Shown: positions 57,586 through 64,000 of the stretch, piece by piece | How the letters are laid out: each line of letters begins with the position of its first letter | Position numbering within the stretch: position 1 is the first letter of the stretch | Source: an uncultured Oscillospiraceae bacterium | GTDB lineage: Bacteria; Bacillota; Clostridia; Oscillospirales; Acutalibacteraceae | Length of the DNA stretch: 64,000 bases | Reading direction: 5' to 3' | Assembly (NCBI GenBank): GCA_958448165.1 | Contig: CAUDCW010000004.1 | Location: 63,130 to 127,129 of the forward strand | Position numbers and translations under genes: made by a program | The notes under the pieces: generated by a model | Told to the model about the DNA's origin: nothing | Database searches by the model: none | What the model saw: the letters and a program-made list of their open reading frames with translations, nothing else

Positions 57586-60500
57586 ATGAATATACCCAAA
57601 AAGGCTTCTCTTTCAAAGACAGAATACGGAATTTATTTTGATTATCTGAACAATCCGAGCAGTATTGCTTACAATATTCCGTTGTTTTTAAAGCTTGACA
57701 AGGATATCGACATTACAAGACTTAAGCAGGCGGTTGAAGCGGTTATTGAAAATCATCCGTACATTAAATCACGCTTAACTGCCGATATCGACGGAGCTGT
57801 TTACAAGCTTTCGTCCGATGAACCGGCAGTTGTGGAAGTTAAAGAGCTGCACGACGCCGATTTTGACAAAAAAAGCCTTGTTTATCCTTTCGAGTTACTA
57901 AGCGAAAGACTTTATCGGTGCTGTATTATTAGTCTTGATTCATATGTGATGCTTTTCTGCGATTTTCACCATATTATCTTTGACGGCTCGTCAGCCAAAA
58001 TCTTTTTGAATGATGTTTCAAGAGCCTACAATGGTTTGCCGCTTGAACCGGAGCATTTTACAGGAAACGACGTTTCGTATGAAGAAGAGGAAAGATTAAA
58101 GACAGACGAGTTTAATTCTGCTAAGGAATATTATCGTTCGCATTTCAGCGGCATTGAGCTTGATTCTGTTATGATGAATGACAAAAACGACGGAAAACCA
58201 CTTGCAAAAGCAATTGAATACGAGTTTACATCCTTTAATGCTGACGATATAAGAAAATTCTGCCGCAAAAACGGCATAAAAACAAGCACATTCTTCTGCG
58301 GCGTTTACGGCTTTTTGCTTGCAAAATTTTCGGGAGCTGAAGAAAGCCTTTTTGCGACTATTCATAACGGACGAAACGAAAAGCTCGCAAATTCCTGCGG
58401 AATGTTTGTTAAGACATTGCCTGTTTACTGTAATTTCAGTAAGAATGAAAGTATTGTGCAATTTCTGAAGAGTCTTGATTTACAGCTTCAAAACAACAGA
58501 AAAAATGACTTGTATTCATATGCAGATATATGTTCTGATTTACAGATAAATCCACCGACCATTTTTGCCTATCAGGGTGATATATTCAGAAACATTAACT
58601 TCTGCGGAAAGGAAATATTTGCTGACAGCATAGATGTTCCCGATGCAAAGGCAAATATTTCGGCAGAGCTTTCAAGAATTAACGGAAGATTTTCAATGAG
58701 ATTTGAATACAGAGCCGATTTGTATGAGGAAAAGTCGGCAGAAAGCTTCCTGAAATCATTTGAAAAAGCGGTAACTGAATTTATCGGGAAAGAAAAAATA
58801 AATGACATTGACATAACCGACAGCGAACAGCTTGCACTTCTTGACAGCTTTAACAATACTGAAAGAGATTACGAAAAGACCGATATTGTAACGCTGTTCA
58901 GACGTCAGGCAGAACAGAACCCTGACAACACAGCAGTTGTATATCTTGACAAAAGCTATACATACAAAGAGGTTGACGAGATTTCGGAAAAAATAGGTGC
59001 ATATATTTCCTCTCTCGGAATCGGAAGAGAAGACGTTGTTTCCGTACTTATTCCGAGGTGTGAATATATGGTGCTTGCGTCATTGGGTGTTTTGAAATCG
59101 GGTGCGGCATATCAGCCGCTTGACCCGTCATATCCGCAGGAGCGCCTTGAATTTATGATGCAGGATGCATCGGCAAAGCTTCTGATAGCCGACAAAGACT
59201 TGCTTGAGCGTGTGCCGAATTACAAGGGTAAGGTGCTTATTCTTGAGGATATTCCTGCACTTCCGAGCTGTGAAAAAATCAGCACAAATCCCAATTCCGA
59301 GGATTTGTTTATTATGCTCTACACCTCAGGCTCAACAGGCACACCAAAGGGCTGTATGCTTGAACATAGAAATATAGTTTCCTTTTGCAACTGGTACAGA
59401 AATTATTACAATCTTACTTCTCAGTCAAGGGTAGCGGCTTATGCAAGCTACGGCTTTGACGCAAATATGATGGATATGTACCCTGCGCTGACAACAGGGG
59501 CAACAATACATATCATTGACGAGTCAATCCGTCTTGACCTGCTGGCGATTGACAAATACTTTAATGAAAATAAAATAACCCACAGCTTTATGACAACGCA
59601 GGTCGGCAGACAGTTTGCTGTTGAAATTGACAACAGCACCATAACCGAATTGTCTGTTGGCGGCGAAAAGCTTGTGCCGCTTGCTCCTCCGAAAAATCAT
59701 AAGATGATAAATCTTTACGGTCCTACCGAAAGCACCGTTTGTATAACAGCATTTGAGCTTGACAGGCTTTATGACAGAGTGCCGATAGGAAAGGCACTTG
59801 ACAATACAAAGCTTTATGTTGTGGATAAGCAAGGCAGGAGATTGCCGCCTTGTGTTCCCGGTGAATTGTGGGTTGCAGGTCACGGAGTGTCAAGAGGTTA
59901 CTTAAACCGCCCCGAACAGAATGAAAAAGCCTTTATCAGAAATCCGTTTACCGATGAAAAAGGCTATGAAAGAGTTTACAGAACAGGCGATATAGTGAGA
60001 TATTTGCCAGACGGCAATATCGACTTTGTCGGCAGAAACGACGGTCAGGTTAAAATCAGAGGCTTCAGAATCGAGCTTCCCGAGGTTGAGCGCATTATCC
60101 GTGAATTTGAGGGAATAAAAGACGCAACTGTTGCGGCATTTGATGAAGCAGGCGGAGGAAAATTTATTGCGGCTTACGTTGTATCTGACAGCAAGGTAGA
60201 TATTCAGAAGCTCAATGAATTTATACTTGCTAACAAACCTCCGTATATGGTTCCTGCAGTAACAATGCAGATTGACAGAATTCCTCTTAATCAGAATCAG
60301 AAGGTCAACAAGCGTGCATTGCCCAAGCCTGAAAAGAAAGCGCACAACGGCGAACCGTCATCAAAGCCTATGACCCTGCTTGAAAAGAAAATTCACTCAA
60401 TCGTTGCTGAAATTCTCGGTAACGATAATTTCAGTGTTACTGAAAATCTTTTGTTTGCAGGACTCAATTCCTTGTCGGTAATTAAGCTTGCGGTTGAACT

Positions 60501-63500
60501 CCATAAGGAATTCGGCTTTGAGGCTAATGTGAAGCAGATGATGAAGGAATGCTCTGTTATTTCTATTGAAGACCGGCTTCAGGAATACCTTATTAGCGGA
60601 GCATTGGCAAAGAGTACAGCCGAGCAAAAGCAAAAAGGCTACAAGTCTTTATATCCGCTGTCAAAGACGCAGTTGGGCGTATATTTTGACTGTATGAAAA
60701 ATCCGTACACTACGCTATATAACATTCCGTCATTTCTTAAATTCACAAAGTCTATAAACGCAGAAAAGCTTGCTGACAGTGTTAAAAAGGTTATTCTTGC
60801 GCATCCGTACATATTCACTCATCTTACAACGCAAAACGATGATGTAGAGCAGGCTTTTCCTGATAACACACAGATTGATATTCCTGTAAAGAAAATGACT
60901 GAAAATGAGCTTGAACTCTTTAAAAAAGACTTTGTCAAGCCGTTTAACTTCTCTAAAGCTCCGCTTTTCAGAATCCTTGTTGTTGAAACAGAGAGAAATA
61001 TCTATCTGTTTGCTGATTTTCATCATATTATTTTTGACGGTGCGTCTTACAACATATTTTTGAATCAGCTCAAAGCAGCATATGAGGGTGCTGAAATCAG
61101 GCCGGAGAATTATACATATTTTGACTATATTGAAGACGAAATCAAAGCTGAAAGCAGCGAAGAATACCTCAAAGCAGAAAAATTCTTTGATGATATGATG
61201 AAGAATTTTGAGTCGGCGTCCGAAATAACTCCTGATTCAGGCTCACAGGGAGATAACGGCAGGCTTGCAGAAGTAAATGTTCCCTTTGATTTAGCGCAGA
61301 TAGAAGCTTTCTGTAATAAAAACGGTGTTACACCTGCACAGCTTTTCCTTGCAGCCGCTTTCTATTCAGTGTCACGCTTTACAAATTCAAGAAACGTATT
61401 TCTCAGCACAATCAGCAACGGCAGAAGCGATATGCGTCTGACGGATTGTTTTGGTATGTTTGTTAAAACATTACCTCTCGGAATTGAGATTGAAGATATT
61501 TCGGCACTTGAATTTGTTAAAAAGAGCAAGTCTGTTTTTACGGGCGCAATAGAAAATGAAATTTATCCTTATTCAAAGATTTGTTCAAAATTCGGATTTG
61601 CACCGAATATAATGTACGAATATCAGATTGGTGTAACGGACGATTTGAAAATTGACGGCGAAGCTGTTGAAAGAAATTTCTTTGATATGAAAATCACAAA
61701 GTTTAAAACTGCAATTTATATTGAAAATTATAAAAATCAGCCCTGCATTGTTGTCCGTTACAATGAAGCGCTTTACAGTAAAGAGCTTATGCAAACGCTT
61801 GTAAAATCAATTTTCAATGCGGCTATGCACGTTATTTCTGCGCCGGATTGTAAGATAAGAAAAATTTCTCTGCTTGATGACAGTCAGCTTGATGAGCTGA
61901 ACAGCTTTTCTTTTACACGTATTGCTCCTGTTGAAACAAAGCTTTTGCATAAAATGTTTGAGAACCAGGTTGAAAAAACTCCCGACAACAATGCAATTAC
62001 TGCCTGTGACGGAACTCTTACATACAGAGAGCTTAACCGCCGTGCAAATGTTACTGCAAACGAGCTTATTGCAAGAGGCTTGAAAAAGGGTGGAAGGGTT
62101 GTGGTGCTGCTTAGCAGAACAACAAAAATTTTCTCAACCATTTTCGGTATCCTCAAAGCAGGCGGAGCATTTATTCCTACCTGCCCCGACTATCCGCAGG
62201 AAAGAATCAACAGTATTATCGAGGACAGTGAGGCTGATTTCGTAGTAACCGAGGGCGAGCTTGTCAGGATTTATGATAAAACGATAGATGTAGATTTACT
62301 TCTCGGCGGTGAAAACAGCGAAACACCCGATGTTGATGTAAGTCCCGAGGATCTGGCTTATCTAATTTACACATCAGGCTCAACAGGAAAGCCTAAGGGC
62401 GTTATGCTAAAGCATATTGGAATTGCAAACTATTTAAGCTATAATGACGCAAACCCTCAGGTAAAGTATGTTGTTGATAATTGCAAGGCTTACGGCTCTG
62501 TAACGACAGTATCATTTGATATGTCACTTAAGGAAACAGTACTTTCATTATGCAGCGGTCTGACGCTTGTCTTTGCAAGCGATGAGCAGACGGTTAACCC
62601 GATTGCTCTTGCAAAATTTCTTAAAGAAAATAACGCTGATGCGTTCAACGCAACTCCTTCAAGGCTTTTGCAGTATATGGAGCTTGATGAATTTGCAGAA
62701 GCGATGGCTGACTGTAAGGTTATTCTTTCGGGCGGTGAGAAATATCCCTATAAGCTCCTGAAGCTTCTCCGTGAAAAAACCAATGCAAAAATTCTTAATA
62801 CTTACGGTCCTACCGAAATAACGGTTTCGTCAAACTGTAAAGACCTGACAAACGCTGATGAAATTTCAGTCGGAAAGCCGCTTTTGAACTATGTTGAACA
62901 TATAGTTGACGTTGACAACAACCTTCTTCCTGTAGGAGTTGTCGGCGAGCTTCTGATTTCAGGGTGCGCAGTTGCACTTGGCTACAATAAACTTCCCGAG
63001 CAGACGAAAAAGGCGTTTGTTGAGTTTAACGGCGAAAGAACCTACCGTTCGGGCGACTATGCCAAGTGGACGAAGAACGGTGATGTTGTAATACTCGGCA
63101 GAACCGACAATCAGGTTAAGCTCAGAGGTCTGAGAATTGAGCTGGGCGAAATCGAAAAGTGCCTGACAGACATCAACGGCATTAAGAGTGCAGTTGCTTT
63201 GATAAGAAAGGTAAATAACGCTGACGCTTTATGTGCCTACTACACATCGAATATTCAGCTTGATTCGGAATTTATCAAAAATGAGCTTAAAAAATCTTTA
63301 ACTGATTATATGGTGCCTGCGGCATATGTTCAGCTTTCTGAAATGCCGCTGACCCCTAACGGCAAAATCAACACGAAGCTTTTGCCTGAGCCTCAGTCGT
63401 CCGAAAAGAAAACAGGAGTTAAACCGACAACTGCTCTTGAAAAAACTATGTGCGATATATTTGCCAAGGTTCTGGAGCTTGATAAGGTTTATGCCGATGA

Positions 63501-64000
63501 TAATTTCTTTGATATAGGCGGAAGCTCGCTGACCGTTACAAGGGTGATTATTCTTGCCAATAAAAGCGGTATAGAGATTGCGTACGGCGACGTATTTGAA
63601 AACCCGACTCCTGCCGCACTTGCAAGGCTGTGCGGAAAAGATGTGCCGAAGAACGACTTTGAAGATCTGGGTAACTATGATTACAGTAATATAGAAAATG
63701 TGTTGCTTAAAAATAATCTTGAGAGCTTCAAAAACGGAGATATGCAGGAGATAGGCGATGTACTCCTTACGGGTGCCGCAGGCTTCCTTGGAATTCATAT
63801 TCTTTATGAGCTGCTCCACAGATACAGCGGCAAGGTTTACTGCCTGCTGCGTGACAAGAATAACAATCCCGCAGAGGACAGACTTAATATGATTTTCTTC
63901 TATTATTTTGAAGAAAGTCTGAAAGAAAGCTATTCCGATAGATTGACTGTCTTGAGCGGAGATGTCACAGACAGAGAATCATTTGACAAGTTCCTTGAGT
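57586..64000 (+). CDS. Non-ribosomal peptide synthetase, two modules: C-A-T-C-A-T-R (terminal thioester reductase); 3' end beyond window
   Basis: AGGGGTGA RBS then MNIPKKASLSKTEYGIYFDY. The open frame continues to the window end. Motifs: HHIIFDGSS (C1), LYTSGSTGTPKG/YRTGD/GRNDGQVKIRGFRIEL (A1), FAGLNSLSVI (T1), HHIIFDGAS (C2), LIYTSGSTGKPKG/YRSGD/GRTDNQVKLRGLRIEL (A2), FFDIGGSSLTV (T2), VLLTGAAGFLGIHIL (R). Confidence 0.85.
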   Translation, partial: MNIPKKASLSKTEYGIYFDYLNNPSSIAYNIPLFLKLDKDIDITRLKQAVEAVIENHPYIKSRLTADIDGAVYKLSSDEPAVVEVKELHDADFDKKSLVYPFELLSERLYRCCIISLDSYVMLFCDFHHIIFDGSSAKIFLNDVSRAYNGLPLEPEHFTGNDVSYEEEERLKTDEFNSAKEYYRSHFSGIELDSVMMNDKNDGKPLAKAIEYEFTSFNADDIRKFCRKNGIKTSTFFCGVYGFLLAKFSGAEESLFATIHNGRNEKLANSCGMFVKTLPVYCNFSKNESIVQFLKSLDLQLQNNRKNDLYSYADICSDLQINPPTIFAYQGDIFRNINFCGKEIFADSIDVPDAKANISAELSRINGRFSMRFEYRADLYEEKSAESFLKSFEKAVTEFIGKEKINDIDITDSEQLALLDSFNNTERDYEKTDIVTLFRRQAEQNPDNTAVVYLDKSYTYKEVDEISEKIGAYISSLGIGREDVVSVLIPRCEYMVLASLGVLKSGAAYQPLDPSYPQERLEFMMQDASAKLLIADKDLLERVPNYKGKVLILEDIPALPSCEKISTNPNSEDLFIMLYTSGSTGTPKGCMLEHRNIVSFCNWYRNYYNLTSQSRVAAYASYGFDANMMDMYPALTTGATIHIIDESIRLDLLAIDKYFNENKITHSFMTTQVGRQFAVEIDNSTITELSVGGEKLVPLAPPKNHKMINLYGPTESTVCITAFELDRLYDRVPIGKALDNTKLYVVDKQGRRLPPCVPGELWVAGHGVSRGYLNRPEQNEKAFIRNPFTDEKGYERVYRTGDIVRYLPDGNIDFVGRNDGQVKIRGFRIELPEVERIIREFEGIKDATVAAFDEAGGGKFIAAYVVSDSKVDIQKLNEFILANKPPYMVPAVTMQIDRIPLNQNQKVNKRALPKPEKKAHNGEPSSKPMTLLEKKIHSIVAEILGNDNFSVTENLLFAGLNSLSVIKLAVELHKEFGFEANVKQMMKECSVISIEDRLQEYLISGALAKSTAEQKQKGYKSLYPLSKTQLGVYFDCMKNPYTTLYNIPSFLKFTKSINAEKLADSVKKVILAHPYIFTHLTTQNDDVEQAFPDNTQIDIPVKKMTENELELFKKDFVKPFNFSKAPLFRILVVETERNIYLFADFHHIIFDGASYNIFLNQLKAAYEGAEIRPENYTYFDYIEDEIKAESSEEYLKAEKFFDDMMKNFESASEITPDSGSQGDNGRLAEVNVPFDLAQIEAFCNKNGVTPAQLFLAAAFYSVSRFTNSRNVFLSTISNGRSDMRLTDCFGMFVKTLPLGIEIEDISALEFVKKSKSVFTGAIENEIYPYSKICSKFGFAPNIMYEYQIGVTDDLKIDGEAVERNFFDMKITKFKTAIYIENYKNQPCIVVRYNEALYSKELMQTLVKSIFNAAMHVISAPDCKIRKISLLDDSQLDELNSFSFTRIAPVETKLLHKMFENQVEKTPDNNAITACDGTLTYRELNRRANVTANELIARGLKKGGRVVVLLSRTTKIFSTIFGILKAGGAFIPTCPDYPQERINSIIEDSEADFVVTEGELVRIYDKTIDVDLLLGGENSETPDVDVSPEDLAYLIYTSGSTGKPKGVMLKHIGIANYLSYNDANPQVKYVVDNCKAYGSVTTVSFDMSLKETVLSLCSGLTLVFASDEQTVNPIALAKFLKENNADAFNATPSRLLQYMELDEFAEAMADCKVILSGGEKYPYKLLKLLREKTNAKILNTYGPTEITVSSNCKDLTNADEISVGKPLLNYVEHIVDVDNNLLPVGVVGELLISGCAVALGYNKLPEQTKKAFVEFNGERTYRSGDYAKWTKNGDVVILGRTDNQVKLRGLRIELGEIEKCLTDINGIKSAVALIRKVNNADALCAYYTSNIQLDSEFIKNELKKSLTDYMVPAAYVQLSEMPLTPNGKINTKLLPEPQSSEKKTGVKPTTALEKTMCDIFAKVLELDKVYADDNFFDIGGSSLTVTRVIILANKSGIEIAYGDVFENPTPAALARLCGKDVPKNDFEDLGNYDYSNIENVLLKNNLESFKNGDMQEIGDVLLTGAAGFLGIHILYELLHRYSGKVYCLLRDKNNNPAEDRLNMIFFYYFEESLKESYSDRLTVLSGDVTDRESFDKFLE

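Overview
This window looks like a Firmicutes (Clostridia-type, sporulating) chromosome: spoVT, remA and a B. subtilis yloC–thiN-like housekeeping block are present. In order the window holds a trkH-like K+ transporter, a peptide-antibiotic-type ABC/two-component module, and a thiD-HAD-thiC operon with a TPP riboswitch. The conserved block follows: yicC-remA-gmk-rpoZ-priA-def-fmt-(Zn peptidase)-rsmB-rlmN-stp-prkC-rsgA-thiN. After it come metY, a four-subunit 2-oxoacid:ferredoxin oxidoreductase operon, a ClC channel, a teichoic-acid-type glycosyltransferase, spoVT, a second PASTA protein that appears to be a pseudokinase, leuB, fhs, tsaE/tsaB and rpiB. A tRNA-Leu(TAG) at 52456-52540 marks the start of an apparently AT-richer accessory region. 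That region contains a frameshifted histidine-kinase remnant, XRE and TetR regulators, a STAS anti-sigma-antagonist gene, and a MATE exporter fused to an anti-sigma-kinase-like HATPase domain. It ends with a large two-module NRPS (C-A-T-C-A-T-R, truncated at the window end) predicted to release an N-capped dipeptide aldehyde. A ~180-bp element bounded by terminal inverted repeats occurs three times, each copy just upstream of a + strand gene start; one copy lies 25 bp ahead of the NRPS. No CRISPR array, integrase or prophage was seen. All calls come from reading the sequence and ORF translations; no database searches were possible.
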